Positions 20,441-31,676 of a stretch of 64,000 nucleotides of DNA are shown piece after piece. Positions within the stretch are counted from its first letter, which is position 1. Each line of letters starts with the position of its first letter. The notes under the pieces were generated by a model. The model was not told where the DNA came from. It did no database searches and worked only from the letters and a program-made list of their open reading frames with translations. This stretch comes from a virus (Duplodnaviria; Heunggongvirae; Uroviricota; Caudoviricetes). The translations under genes and the position numbers were made by a program. Where the stretch lies: IMG/VR virus record IMGVR_UViG_3300037010_001573, positions 1 to 64,000 of that record. One strand, written 5' to 3'.

Positions 20441-21622
20441 CTTTCAAATATGTGTTAAACATTTCTTTGGCTTTTTCTAAATTATCTTTATCTTCCATTA
20501 AAACAGTCATAATGATGAATTTAGCATCTTCTTCTTTACATTTTATATCTATAATATTAATGTATGTTTCTACATCAACCCCCAATGCATCTGCAATTGC
20601 ATCGTCCATCATATCAAATAATCCTCCCATATTTTATCCCTTTAATAATTGTAATTTTTTATCTGTCAGTCCTATATAGTTTTCACTCCAATGTTGTTCT
20701 AATTCCATATATAGAGAAAAGTCATCATATATTTTGCTAAAATTTGATACCAACCTATATGCATTTTGTAATTGTGAATTATCGATACATGAATCTATTA
20801 CTTTTTTAACCCAAACAAACGCATCGTATTTATTATCTATTAAAGCAGTCATGTTATTTTTCTCTTTGTTTTAACATTTCATCAGCCATTTGGTAAGATT
20901 GATCTGCTATATTGTTAATATTACTTTCTCCTTCTTTTAATCCTTTTAATATTGTTTGTAATAAAACATCATTAGTTAATATTGATTGCATTACTTTTGC
21001 TGCGAAATAGTCTCTAAGGGTCATACCCATATGTAGTCTATCCTCAATCATAGTAGGAAACGCAGGTGGGTTTTTTGTTTTATTTTTCATAATTATATTT
21101 TACTAAAAGTCAATTGTGTTGCTGCTTCTTTCATTTGATGTAAAATTTGAATAGCTCTACGTAAAGACACTTTTCTTCCAGATGGTGTTCTTAATAATAT
21201 CCGCCCTGTTTCTTTTATATCAGAGTATAAATTACCCCAATAAACATAATAATCAGGTTTAATAGTACCATAATCTAGGTATATATCTCGCACTAATATT
21301 AGCATTTTATCGCTTATCTCTATCTTAACGACAAACTCACAATCTTTAAATTTACTGTGTTTAACTCGCATTATTTTGTAAAATTTCTATCAATTAAATC
21401 ATACCAAACTAAATGTCCTATTAATTTAGGTATATTAATACTTTCAGTATATAAGGATACATAATCGTTTAAATCTATAGAAAAGAACATGATTTCATAA
21501 TGATCCGGATGGATTTTTATTTCACAATGTTTATTACTGAATACACCTTTTATATTTTTAAAACCATTTCGTTCTAAAAAACTTTCAATATATTTTGGTT
21601 GTATGTTTTCAAAATTCCCCAT
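20427..21622 (-). CDS. block of five small hypothetical genes (20427..20630, 20634..20852, 20854..21090, 21093..21371, 21371..21622)
   Basis: contiguous, non-overlapping minus-strand ORFs. Confidence 0.35.
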
Positions 21623-21789
21623 GATGTTTTAATTATATTCGTTATATTCCACACCCATTTCGCTTCTAAAATCCATATAAGAAATTTTATCATCAGGATG
21701 TGCTGTTTTTTGGTATTCCAACCATGCTTCTCTTAATTGTTTTTCGGACATAGTATTTTATTTACGATAATCAGATCGTGATTTCTCAC

Positions 21790-22232
21790 TTGCTGGTATT
21801 TAAATGTTTTAATATGTTAGTTTTTCATCAGATACATTCATTGATTGTCTTATTTCTATTAATTTTTTAAGACATTCAAGTTCTGCTTCTTCGTAGGTAT
21901 TATAATAATCATCTAAATCCATTTGAAACTCAATACCTTTATATTCATCAATACCAAAATAATACCCAACTTTTATAGTTGGTTTATATAAGTATTTAAC
22001 AAATGAATCTAAATTATACTTCTCTCTAAACCATCTAAATGCTTGTTGATATAGTGGTGCTGAGGTAGTATCGTAATTATAATCACCTAGTTGATTCTGT
22101 AGATGATAACTTATACTATGAGGATAATCAGCACAAGTATAGAATTTACCAGTATTCCAAAAGAATGCTAAACAAGGTTCATCAAATTCTAATTTTTTAT
22201 AGCTAATGCTTGTTCATAAGGTATAAATTCTT
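21790..22232 (-). pseudogene. hypothetical gene, paralog of 34685..35110, frameshifted at an A6 run
   Basis: MVKEFIPYEQALAIKN, stop; inserting one A gives ...KKLEFDEPCLAFFWNTGKFY...QQAFRWFREKYNL; the paralog reads MNKEFIPYEQALAVKELGFDEPC. Confidence 0.4.
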
Positions 22233-22890
22233 TTACCATTTGATTTGATTATATAATTTATCAAATATGTTTTGTTTTTTTCCTCTAATCATACATTCTA
22301 AAGCGAAACGTTGTTTGGTAACTTCTTCCTTAATTCGTTTTACTGCTCTCTCAAGGACTTTATCATTCAGATTTAAAGGGTAAACTTGAAAAGTATTTAC
22401 TATTTCTGCTTTACTTAAATCTATGATTAAATCTAAATGCAATGTTGGTACTTGTATGTAATATTTAGTAGTCTCAGAATCTTTTAACGGTGTCTCGCCT
22501 TGGGGGTGGTATAATAATTTTAAAATATTTCTATAACCACGAAGATCTTCTTTAGTTAATTTTATACCAAACTTATTTCTTATTTTAATTTTAACCCATA
22601 TTTTTATTTTCATAACCTTTATTTTTTATACCAAAGTTGCTCTGATGTTTTTTTCTCTTCTTACTATTAAATGGACCATAATCTTTTTCAATCCATTTCA
22701 TTAACATTGTATACAGGTTTTCATAAGCTTCACTTTTTTTATTTTTTGAAGTTTTCAATCTGTATTTGTTTTCACTGTCTGTTAAAAGAGTTAATGGTCC
22801 TTCTTCGAAGTCTCCATATAGAAAAACTCCGTTTGGGTAATGAGTAATCGAATATCTTTTTCTAATCTTTTTTAATAACTTTACTTTCAT
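22233..22890 (-). CDS. hypothetical protein, two ORFs joinable by a 1-nt change in an A6 run (~22600)
   Basis: deleting one A fuses ...HQSNFGIK to IKVMKIKIWVKIKIRNKFGIKLTKEDL. Confidence 0.35.
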
Positions 22891-22916
22891 AACCTTTATT
22901 TTACTTTCTTATATAA

Positions 22917-22949
22917 AGATAATAAAAAAGGCTCGGTAAACCAAGCCTT
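22917..22949 (-). terminator. rho-independent terminator (family copy)
   Basis: identical hairpin plus U-run after the 22961..23377 stop. Confidence 0.7.
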
Positions 22950-22960
22950 TTAAAAATATT

Positions 22961-23377
22961 TTACCAATCTCCTCCAGATCCTCCACCTGAGAAATCACCA
23001 CCATCAAAACCACTGTCAAACCCACTAGAACTATCATCTGGTTGAGAATCAAAACTAGTACTTGATGAATCATCATTTGATGAAAATAGTTCCGATATAA
23101 CTTCAGCAGCAACTATGGTATCTACAACATCCCAACTATTATCCTCTTCTTTATTCCGTGATTCCTTAACAGGTTCGGATATTGTTTCCATTGGTGGTAC
23201 ATAAGAACCAGTAATTTTATTTGAAAATGTTGGAATTTCCTGTTTCTTTATAAAAGATGTAGGTTGTGGGTATGAAGTGGGTTTATGATATTCATGATGC
23301 CCATATAAACCACCAGATTCAATATCAATAATTTGTTTTTCTTTAAACCCAAATAACCTTTTTAAGAATGATAACAT
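22961..23377 (-). CDS. hypothetical protein with Gly/Ser-rich C-terminus
   Basis: ORF track. Confidence 0.4.
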   Translation of the reverse strand: MLSFLKRLFGFKEKQIIDIESGGLYGHHEYHKPTSYPQPTSFIKKQEIPTFSNKITGSYVPPMETISEPVKESRNKEEDNSWDVVDTIVAAEVISELFSSNDDSSSTSFDSQPDDSSSGFDSGFDGGDFSGGGSGGDW

Positions 23378-23403
23378 AACTTTTATTTTTAAATTTTATA
23401 TAA

Positions 23404-23438
23404 AGATAATAAAGAAGGCTCGGTAAACCAAGCCTTCT
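23404..23438 (-). terminator. rho-independent terminator (family copy, longer stem)
   Basis: after the 23449..24075 stop. Confidence 0.7.
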
Positions 23439-23448
23439 ATTAAATTTA

Positions 23449-24075
23449 TTAAGCAACTTTATAAACAACGTTATTTAAAGTAATGCTTTCGATAGTTTGT
23501 AAATTAACGCTTTTAACAGTTGATACTTCTTTTCTACGAACTGCTGAAATGTCTTTTACATTAATGTAACCCAATGCACTTGTACTCATATTGGAAGTGT
23601 GCTGTCCATTCATAATACGACGAGAACCGTCTTTTTTAATAAATGTGACTGTGAAGAATTTACCGTTTGAATTTTGTATAATCTCAAGAGCTTTAGTTCG
23701 TGAAATCCTACTTGTTGTGGTTGGTGCTTTTGGTGCTTTCGGTGTTTTTACAGGTAAAACCGTTGGTGTTGTAGTCATATTTCCTACATTCACGGTTTGG
23801 TTAACTTGTGTACCAACTAATGAATATGTTCTGAAGGTTCCATTATCTATATAATCAAATTTACCAATTACATTAGCATCTATCATAACTTGAGAAATTT
23901 CATTTTGTCTCCAATTTTTATTTGGGAATTGTTTTCTCAATTCATTTTTGATTTCTAACGTAGTAACTGTGTTATTAGCTACACACAAATCTTCTGCTAC
24001 TTTGAGCACTTTGTCAATTTTACTTGTTTTCATATTTTTTAACATTTTAATGATACTATTTATCATTTTAACCAA
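23449..24075 (-). CDS. hypothetical protein
   Basis: ORF track. Confidence 0.4.
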   Translation of the reverse strand: MVKMINSIIKMLKNMKTSKIDKVLKVAEDLCVANNTVTTLEIKNELRKQFPNKNWRQNEISQVMIDANVIGKFDYIDNGTFRTYSLVGTQVNQTVNVGNMTTTPTVLPVKTPKAPKAPTTTSRISRTKALEIIQNSNGKFFTVTFIKKDGSRRIMNGQHTSNMSTSALGYINVKDISAVRRKEVSTVKSVNLQTIESITLNNVVYKVA

Positions 24076-25265
24076 ATTATATATTTAATTCTACATTGTT
24101 CTTCTTTATATGCTATTATTTCCGAATTTAACAATCCATTTCCTGCTTTAACATAAGTGGAATCAAAACCTCGTTTTTGTAATTCCTGATAATTTAAAGT
24201 AAATGAATTACCTCTATACCAACCATCGTATATAAACGGATTACCAGTATGGACCTCATATACCAATAAAATTTTATCATTATCATAACCAGTATAACCT
24301 AATGATTTGGATACTACTTCTGAAAAATAATTCCCTTGTCCATAAACCTTTCCTGAAAATTGGAAATTCCCAGATGGTCTAATTTTTAATCCTTGTGTTA
24401 ATATAGATAATACAGATGAACATCTAGTCCCATGAATTAATGTTCTGGTTTGAGTATTCTTTTGTTTTTTAACCCATGCTTCAAAACTAGTGTCTTCTGT
24501 TGGTTTATTTAATTCAAATATACACTCAACACGTCTACTACCACCTATCTGATCTATTAGATATTTTAACTCGGAATTTGATTTTGTTTCAATCATTTTT
24601 CCTAATCCCAAAACATCCAACATCGTTTGTTGTTTTGGTTTTTCTTTTATATCCTTGTTTTGTTTAGAGTTTTCCTTTTCCTGTTCATACATTTGAACTT
24701 GAGAAGACATTGCATCTATATTATCTTGTTCTTTTTCTAAAGCTTTATCTAAATTTAAAACAGGAAGTAGATATGCAGACACACGTCCCATTTTTCGGGG
24801 AATGACAGTGTATAATTCAATTAGTTTTTCATTAACCGTTTTTTCATCTGTTTTATTAATGTTCTCGAAATCATCTAAAATAGCTTGAGCTTTCTTAACT
24901 TGTTCTATAGTTACACTTTTGTATGTAACAGAATAAGTATTTTTTACTAACCCATCAGTATATTTCTGCATTAATTCCAGAAAGGTATTTACCTTAGTAG
25001 AATCTAATTTAGCCAATACTGCTTCTATTGTGTCTTCTGTATCCTCTTCTACTTTTTCCGTTACTAAATGTGTTACATCTTTGTAACCCTTTTTAGTTTT
25101 TTCCCTGTAAATAGAGGCCCATTGTGACATTGATTTGGTTAATTTAGTACTTGATGAATCAACACGTCCATATTCTATATGAAGCATACCATCTTTTTCT
25201 TGCATGACGTAAAACTTATTATTGTTTTGTTCTGTCACCATTACTAATTTACAATATTGCCCCAT
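24063..25265 (-). CDS. poly(ADP-ribose) polymerase-like protein (N-terminal WGR-like domain plus PARP catalytic domain)
   Basis: catalytic region LIHGTRCSSVLSILTQGLKI...GKVYGQGNYFSE...LLVYEVHTG matches the PARP H-G-S/T, Y and E motifs; N-terminus has a WGR-like pattern. Confidence 0.6.
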   Translation of the reverse strand: MGQYCKLVMVTEQNNNKFYVMQEKDGMLHIEYGRVDSSSTKLTKSMSQWASIYREKTKKGYKDVTHLVTEKVEEDTEDTIEAVLAKLDSTKVNTFLELMQKYTDGLVKNTYSVTYKSVTIEQVKKAQAILDDFENINKTDEKTVNEKLIELYTVIPRKMGRVSAYLLPVLNLDKALEKEQDNIDAMSSQVQMYEQEKENSKQNKDIKEKPKQQTMLDVLGLGKMIETKSNSELKYLIDQIGGSRRVECIFELNKPTEDTSFEAWVKKQKNTQTRTLIHGTRCSSVLSILTQGLKIRPSGNFQFSGKVYGQGNYFSEVVSKSLGYTGYDNDKILLVYEVHTGNPFIYDGWYRGNSFTLNYQELQKRGFDSTYVKAGNGLLNSEIIAYKEEQCRIKYIIWLK

Positions 25266-25283
25266 GTTTTTACTTTTTGGTAA

Positions 25284-25316
25284 AGATAATAAAAAAGGCT
25301 CGGTAAACCAAGCCTT
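25284..25316 (-). terminator. rho-independent terminator (family copy)
   Basis: after the NadV remnant and before the PARP-like gene. Confidence 0.65.
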
Positions 25317-25329
25317 TTAAAAATATTTT

Positions 25330-25625
25330 TAAAGAGCTTCTAAAGATTTTCTGACAGCTGTTAATGTGGTTTTATTATAGAAATTACCATCCTCATATAT
25401 TACTTGTAATATACCTTGGTTTTCTTGCTCTTCATTACATTGTGTAACTACATAATATCCACCATTTGTTGTCCAAATGATACTATTTTGCTTATTCCTT
25501 TAGGAGCATACTTTGTTGAGCGTGGTATCCAATTTCCGTATAAACGAGTTATTCCAGGAGCAAGCATTCTTTTATGTCCTACTTTGTAGGCATCGGTGTA
25601 ATATAAAGCGTTTGGTTTAAATATG
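25330..25625 (-). pseudogene. N-terminal remnant of nicotinamide phosphoribosyltransferase (NadV/NAMPT-like)
   Basis: MFKPNALYYTDAYKVGHKRMLAPGITRLYGNWIPRSTKYAPKGI matches the NAMPT N-terminus (TDSYKVSH); only ~100 aa remain, split over two frames. Confidence 0.45.
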
Positions 25626-25629
25626 TTTT

Positions 25630-26361
25630 TTATTTTTTATTAATAACCATTTCATTTAAATCTTCGATATGTTTTTGGTCTCCGTTCTTAGCGTATTTTA
25701 CTTTAGCATCTAGAACATCTAGTAAAGAACTAACTTTATATTTGTGTCCTTTATATTCAACAAACTCATATTTTTGTTTAGGATCAATTCTATAGTCTAT
25801 TTTAACACCATTACATGTAAAAGTGTAATCAAAATCATTACCTGATGTTTTACCATGACCATAATCTATATGAAGAGCATCCGTTGATTCAGGAAGAATA
25901 AAATAAGATGTTATAATATCATAATCACATACTGCACCGTAGTTGTCGTTCCATCTTTCTAATCTTACACCACGTAAAAACAAAGATGTAGACCCTCCCA
26001 CAATAAAATTAGGGTATTTTGTTTGTATCTCACGTAAAAGATCTAATTTAAAATAAGATTCCATTTGGATTTCTTTTATTTCGGATTTTGTTAGTTCTCT
26101 AAGTATTTTAAAAGATGTTGTTATGCTTTTTTTACTATCTTCATTAAAAGCACCTAATATTTCAATTTCACAAAATCGATTATAACCATCATCTGGATAG
26201 AAATCGAACACATTTACTAAATCACTACAATAATGAAAACCATCACTTGAACCTAATCGAAGATGATCTAAATCGTTATTCTTACTGTATGTTTCCTCTA
26301 TTTGGAATTTATCACCACGACACTCTAGGTTTTTATTAAACCCCTTATACCCTATTTTCAT
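25630..26361 (-). CDS. hypothetical protein
   Basis: ORF track. Confidence 0.4.
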   Translation of the reverse strand: MKIGYKGFNKNLECRGDKFQIEETYSKNNDLDHLRLGSSDGFHYCSDLVNVFDFYPDDGYNRFCEIEILGAFNEDSKKSITTSFKILRELTKSEIKEIQMESYFKLDLLREIQTKYPNFIVGGSTSLFLRGVRLERWNDNYGAVCDYDIITSYFILPESTDALHIDYGHGKTSGNDFDYTFTCNGVKIDYRIDPKQKYEFVEYKGHKYKVSSLLDVLDAKVKYAKNGDQKHIEDLNEMVINKK

Positions 26362-26744
26362 AATTTTTATTTTTATTTTTATTTTATATTATAGAAATTT
26401 TAAAGCACGAACCCATGTTTTTAAACTAAGATAATGTCCTAAACATATAATATTATCAGAAACATAACCAGCACTACCACCGTTTTCTAACCCATCATAA
26501 TATTTTGTATCTTTAGGGATCATAAACAAATAATTACCATATGGTTCCTTTTTCTTCCAAGAATGATATCCTTCTTCAATTTCACAACATCCTGGTTTTA
26601 ATTCTATTGTTTTTTCTTGAGGTTGACCTATTTTATAAGTGTACCCTTGATGTTGAGATACAACCCCCAAAATATAAATACTTCCAACAGAATATATTTT
26701 TGTCTGCTACTTTTTCTTTTGAAATGTTAGTTAAACACATATTA

Positions 26745-27266
26745 TTAAATTTTATAAATTACTACAGTTACATCACAATCTGTTAATTCAGTTTGTATAA
26801 TTTTTTTAATTATATCCCAGTTACCTCCAGCTAACCCGGCCCCTATTTGTGGTAAACCAATATGTTTTCCCTTAAAAACTTTATTTATTTTCCTCATACA
26901 TAATGTTAAAGCTTCATAATCTATAGGTTTAAAAGAACCAGTAGCATGGTTTCTCCCAAAATTATATTGAGTGTAAGCATTAACGACAGTTAATTCAGGT
27001 TCATTTTTGTTATTTTTAAAATCATCTAGGTTCCATATTGTATTTTCTCCTAAAACCAAAGTTTCGTAATCAATATTCCCTAGTTTATTAATATTAGAAC
27101 CCCACGTTTCCATTTCAAACTTATTAGCTCCGAAAGCTCGAGCCATTTGAGGAGCAATCCCAACACCCATAACAGAATGACAGTTCACACCGTGCGCTAT
27201 AACATCGAATTTACCTTGTTTTGCTAAAGCGATTAAATCCCCATCAAATTCTCTGTATGTTCCCAT
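26745..27266 (-). CDS. macro domain protein (ADP-ribose binding/hydrolase)
   Basis: FDVIAHGVNCHSVMGVGIAPQMARAFG and LPQIGAGLAGGNW macro-domain motifs. Confidence 0.65.
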   Translation of the reverse strand: MGTYREFDGDLIALAKQGKFDVIAHGVNCHSVMGVGIAPQMARAFGANKFEMETWGSNINKLGNIDYETLVLGENTIWNLDDFKNNKNEPELTVVNAYTQYNFGRNHATGSFKPIDYEALTLCMRKINKVFKGKHIGLPQIGAGLAGGNWDIIKKIIQTELTDCDVTVVIYKI

Positions 27267-27269
27267 AAC

Positions 27270-27990
27270 CTTAAATTTTTATATATTTTTTCGATTTGTT
27301 TTTATATTATCTAATATTGTTTTGTAATTATATAAACTACCATATTTAACATTTAATTTTTTTGATATTTTATTAAGATTAATTCCACTACAATATAATT
27401 CAATTACTTCATCTTTTATATCTTCAAAAAAATTAAATCTGTTATTATCTGATTTAATATTATCCCATTTTCGTTGTAATAATGGAATATTTAAACCTAT
27501 AAAAATATTTTTTAATTTTAATATATTTGAATGTTTAGTTAATGAAAACAGAGCATAACCACGATTATTAATAATAACTCTAGATATAATATTATAATTA
27601 TCTTCTAATAATGTTTCTTGTTTTTTTTCTTAAATCATTTAAAACTTGGTGTATATAATCACTATTATCTATTACAGTGCATTTTTTAATCAAAGCAGGT
27701 GATACATCTGAATGAGGGTCAAATATAAAATACCTATCTACTTCTAACCCATTTAAAATTTGACATATTGATTGTAATGAAAAACATTCACCCAAAGCGA
27801 AATCCCGATCGGCTTGTTGGTACGGAACATATGGTAATACTACTTGAACTAACCCACGATATCCATCTTTTCGAATAGTACCAACTGCTAATATCAATAA
27901 TATTAAATCATTTGCATTATTAATTCGACTAATAATTCTAATTCCAGATAATGAATACTTCAGGATAATGTATTTTAAAATGAATTTCAC
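27270..27990 (-). CDS. ribose-phosphate pyrophosphokinase (Prs)-like protein, apparently frameshifted at an A8 run (~27615)
   Basis: GLVQVVLPYVPYQQADRD...VDRYFIFDPHSDV matches Prs IVIPYYGYARQDR...ATRVIALDLHA; removing one A extends the ORF by ~110 aa to ~27270. Confidence 0.45.
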
Positions 27991-28117
27991 ATCCTGGAAA
28001 TATAAAAAGCATCATATTCTTTATTTTTTGTAATTCCGTTTCTTAAATCTAATATTACCATTTGTTTAAATTTCTCTTTTATAAAGATATGAATAAAATT
28101 TCTATAATCCTAATTTC

Positions 28118-28831
28118 TTATAAAAAACTCATATAGTTTGTTTGTTTATTCCAATCGAATGTATATGGTTTCTGTGTATATTCATACCTTTCATCTAACA
28201 CAGATGCATTGAAATAATGAGTTCCATCCTTAAATTCATAACCGTAACCGCTATGAATATGACCACATATGTGAATTTTTGGTTTGATTATTTTTACCCT
28301 TTCAGCCAACATACCACACCCCAAAGCGTCCCACGGTCTCCCAACTACCGTATCTAAGGTTCCATAAGTAGGACCGTGTGTTATAAGAATGTCGGTATTA
28401 TCAGGAATAGCTAACCATTTACTTGCTATTTCATGTCCATTTTTTGGTAAATTAAATGCCCAATTGTAAAATTCGGGTTGCCACGGTGAACCATAAACAC
28501 GGATATTTTCTTCAGGGGAATCCTCATTTATACCATCAAAATATAAATCCAAATATGAATCTTGAAGATAATCTATATTTTTATAAGAAGAATATATTTC
28601 TTTGGCTAACTCGGGTTTGTTTTCAAATAATCTATCATGATTCCCGGCTATGAATATTTTTATATCATAATTATCCAATTTATCAAACCAATCACAAAAG
28701 TTAGATATATCTTTATGATTATATCCTGAATTCATTAGGTCACCAGCATGTATTAAAATATTACCTCCCGGTAAATCTGGAGTGATTAAATCATGTCTAG
28801 TATGGGTATCTGATATGACAGTTATTCTCAT
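28118..28831 (-). CDS. calcineurin-like metallophosphoesterase
   Basis: ITVISDTHTRH...GDL...GNHD motifs. Confidence 0.7.
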   Translation of the reverse strand: MRITVISDTHTRHDLITPDLPGGNILIHAGDLMNSGYNHKDISNFCDWFDKLDNYDIKIFIAGNHDRLFENKPELAKEIYSSYKNIDYLQDSYLDLYFDGINEDSPEENIRVYGSPWQPEFYNWAFNLPKNGHEIASKWLAIPDNTDILITHGPTYGTLDTVVGRPWDALGCGMLAERVKIIKPKIHICGHIHSGYGYEFKDGTHYFNASVLDERYEYTQKPYTFDWNKQTNYMSFL

Positions 28832-29214
28832 ATTTTTTTATATTTTATATCACCCGATATTGTTTTTATATTTCCTGTTATATTTCCACAAGATACATCC
28901 CCGGACACTGTATTAATATTACCAACTACATGACTTTTAATATCTATATCACCCGATGTAGATTTTATATCACCATTAACATTCACAACATGGATACTTC
29001 CTCTAACAGATTGTAAATTATTTACAGAACCATGTACAGCAATGGACGTACAGTTATCTACAGATAAATTATCTATATTTCCTTCTACTGTTATTGATAT
29101 TTCTTTAGATGATAATATATCTTTATCTTTTACTTCAATCCCATCTATAATAATTTTATCACCATTAATTGAAATATTATTCCCATTAAATGTTTTTCCG
29201 TTAATTACAAACAT
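28828..29214 (-). CDS. beta-helix repeat protein (bactofilin-like SGDI repeats)
   Basis: repetitive G(D/N)I..(S/T)G pattern. Confidence 0.35.
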   Translation of the reverse strand: MFVINGKTFNGNNISINGDKIIIDGIEVKDKDILSSKEISITVEGNIDNLSVDNCTSIAVHGSVNNLQSVRGSIHVVNVNGDIKSTSGDIDIKSHVVGNINTVSGDVSCGNITGNIKTISGDIKYKKI

Positions 29215-29470
29215 TGTTTAAATTAATTAGTTGGAGATAATGTTTTTAAATAAAGAGCTTGTTGTCGTATTCCGTACTCTCTTGTTAACCAATTATGTAA
29301 ACCATTTTGATTAACCACCAACCCAACGACAGACGCCATTTTTACACCATCAAATTTTCTAATTCTACCCTGAATAAAGCCAGTTGTTGGATCTGTTAGT
29401 CTTAATATTGCTTTAGATAACGCTTCAACAGTTTCACAAGAATTAATCATTTCGTATTTTTCTAATTCAC

Positions 29471-30265
29471 TCATTGTACTCTTGATTTTAGTAATTGTAA
29501 TAATTTAAATTCATATGAAGATTCTCTTAAATCTTCTTTTATTATATTTTTGACAGTTTTATATATAGATAAAATATCATTGATAGATAAACACGGTTTA
29601 TTCATTAAAATATATTCTTCAGCTTTTTCTTTTGTTGAAAACGTTTTAGATGATTCATATACTTTAATTTTAACATTTATTCCTAAACTAAAGTTATTTG
29701 TAACTTCACAAAAAATACCTCCTTCAAAAATATCTACTCCATCTTCAGTTGCGAATAATGGTTGTTTAATTTTAATTAAATCTTTTATTGATTTTCTATA
29801 ACTATTAAAGTTACAAATATTATTTTCTATTTGAAAACTATTAATATATTCAAAGTCAACATCTTGATGTGTTGGTGTAATTTTATCACCAATAGTAAAG
29901 ACTTCACCATCAGATAATCTTTTTACAGAATATATTGCGTTTTTATAACGATTTAAACATTCATCTGCTGTAAACGAACCTATTCTTTTATTACATGCTG
30001 AGTATAGTCCATTTTCACATATATCATATATAATTGGTCTTGGATCCTGTTTGTTTACAAATGATAATATTTCATAATCTTTTTCAATTATTTCTTCCCA
30101 GTATTCAGGGTAATTTTCTGGTGATTCAACACCAAATCCTTTTTTATTAGTATATAGTTTGTTATTACCTATAACACCACTTCCAGTAAAATAACATTTT
30201 TCTACTATGGTGCCTGCTTCTCTACTTCCTGGGTATTCTTTGATAAGTTTATATTTTTTTCTCAT
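29471..30265 (-). CDS. hypothetical protein
   Basis: ORF track. Confidence 0.4.
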   Translation of the reverse strand: MRKKYKLIKEYPGSREAGTIVEKCYFTGSGVIGNNKLYTNKKGFGVESPENYPEYWEEIIEKDYEILSFVNKQDPRPIIYDICENGLYSACNKRIGSFTADECLNRYKNAIYSVKRLSDGEVFTIGDKITPTHQDVDFEYINSFQIENNICNFNSYRKSIKDLIKIKQPLFATEDGVDIFEGGIFCEVTNNFSLGINVKIKVYESSKTFSTKEKAEEYILMNKPCLSINDILSIYKTVKNIIKEDLRESSYEFKLLQLLKSRVQ

Positions 30266-30719
30266 TTTAGTTTTTTATTTAAAAATTTTTGAAGTTTTTC
30301 TGAATTTTAATAAAATCACAAATAACAATAATGTATTGTTTTAAAACTTCATAAATAGTAACAATAAGCATACACATATTCAAGATAGGGATAATACTTA
30401 CCAGTAAAACTTGTAATAATACCCTAACATCAAAATCTTCTTTAAAGATATATAACAGAATAGGAAGAAATATTAAAGGAATTATGTAAAAATACAAGAT
30501 CATAATATTTTGCTTTTAAAAAATAGAAAGGGATGACTTCAATAACAGAATTGATATCCGGTGTCTATGAGTTTTGATAACTGACATTGCGCGATTTTTG
30601 ATGATTTGAATACTTGAGATTTTATAATAATATCATCATCAGTTATCACCCTATTTGGCTATTATAGTTATGTTGTGAATATAAATTTATTATATCACCC
30701 ACCCCTCTCTAAATTTATG

Positions 30720-31151
30720 TTAGATTAATTCTGTAGTTGCATTATGGTAATCTAATTCACTTTGAATTTTATCAATATCTATTTCCAAATCATTTACCAA
30801 AGTGTCAATTTGAGAAATATTGATTTCCACAGTTTTGATAGAAGGTTGTGAACCAAAACGTTCCATCGCTTTTCCTTCATCTGTTGGGATTCTTTTTAGT
30901 TCTTTGATACGTCCTTTTAATTCAGCCATTTCAAATATTTTCCCATAGATAGGAGCATTAGCTAAATGTAATTTAGTTTTTAATTCTATTAACTCCACTG
31001 TTAATTTACTAGCTTTGTCTAAAGCTTCTTGAACAGAATATCTTCTTACATTTCCTTCTTCTTGTGAATTAAATTTAGCAGCAATAGCGTATTGTTTTTT
31101 AATTTCTACTGCTAATTTGTTTTTTTGTTTTAATGCTTGGGATACTTTCAT
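30720..31151 (-). CDS. coiled-coil protein
   Basis: ORF track. Confidence 0.4.
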   Translation of the reverse strand: MKVSQALKQKNKLAVEIKKQYAIAAKFNSQEEGNVRRYSVQEALDKASKLTVELIELKTKLHLANAPIYGKIFEMAELKGRIKELKRIPTDEGKAMERFGSQPSIKTVEINISQIDTLVNDLEIDIDKIQSELDYHNATTELI

Positions 31152-31211
31152 AACTTTTTATTTAGTTTTTATTATTCTTTCTTTTATAAAGATACAATCT
31201 TCTTTTTAAGA

Positions 31212-31676
31212 CTACAAATTATTTAATGAATTTCTTTTAATTATTTTTTCTAATTTTTGCTTCCAACCACCACCAATACAAGACACAGCAGCAACTGCTT
31301 TCAAATTTCGTTGAATTCCATTTATTTCTACAAAATCATCATCTAAATGGAATATAGGGTTAAAACCCAACTCAATCATCTTAAACCATTTATATTGCAT
31401 GTTGGTAAAAATGATTCTTTCTTTTGGAATGTTTAATTCAGATGTTACTTTTAATAAATCATGATGACAACTTTTATCCCATTTTCGCCATGTATAATCT
31501 TTACAATCTTCAAAACGTGATGTGCATACCCATATTTCGAATCCTCGTTTAATTAAAGAACGAACATAATCCTGAACATCTGTTCTAGATAATGTACTAT
31601 CAAAATCAAATGATACTTTATTGTTCGATATATAATTTGTATTCACTGTTTTCTGTTTTAAAATGTTTGAAATCAT
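31212..31676 (-). CDS. HAD-superfamily phosphatase (5'-deoxynucleotidase-like)
   Basis: DxDxT motif (VSFDFDSTLS). Confidence 0.5.
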   Translation of the reverse strand: MISNILKQKTVNTNYISNNKVSFDFDSTLSRTDVQDYVRSLIKRGFEIWVCTSRFEDCKDYTWRKWDKSCHHDLLKVTSELNIPKERIIFTNMQYKWFKMIELGFNPIFHLDDDFVEINGIQRNLKAVAAVSCIGGGWKQKLEKIIKRNSLNNL

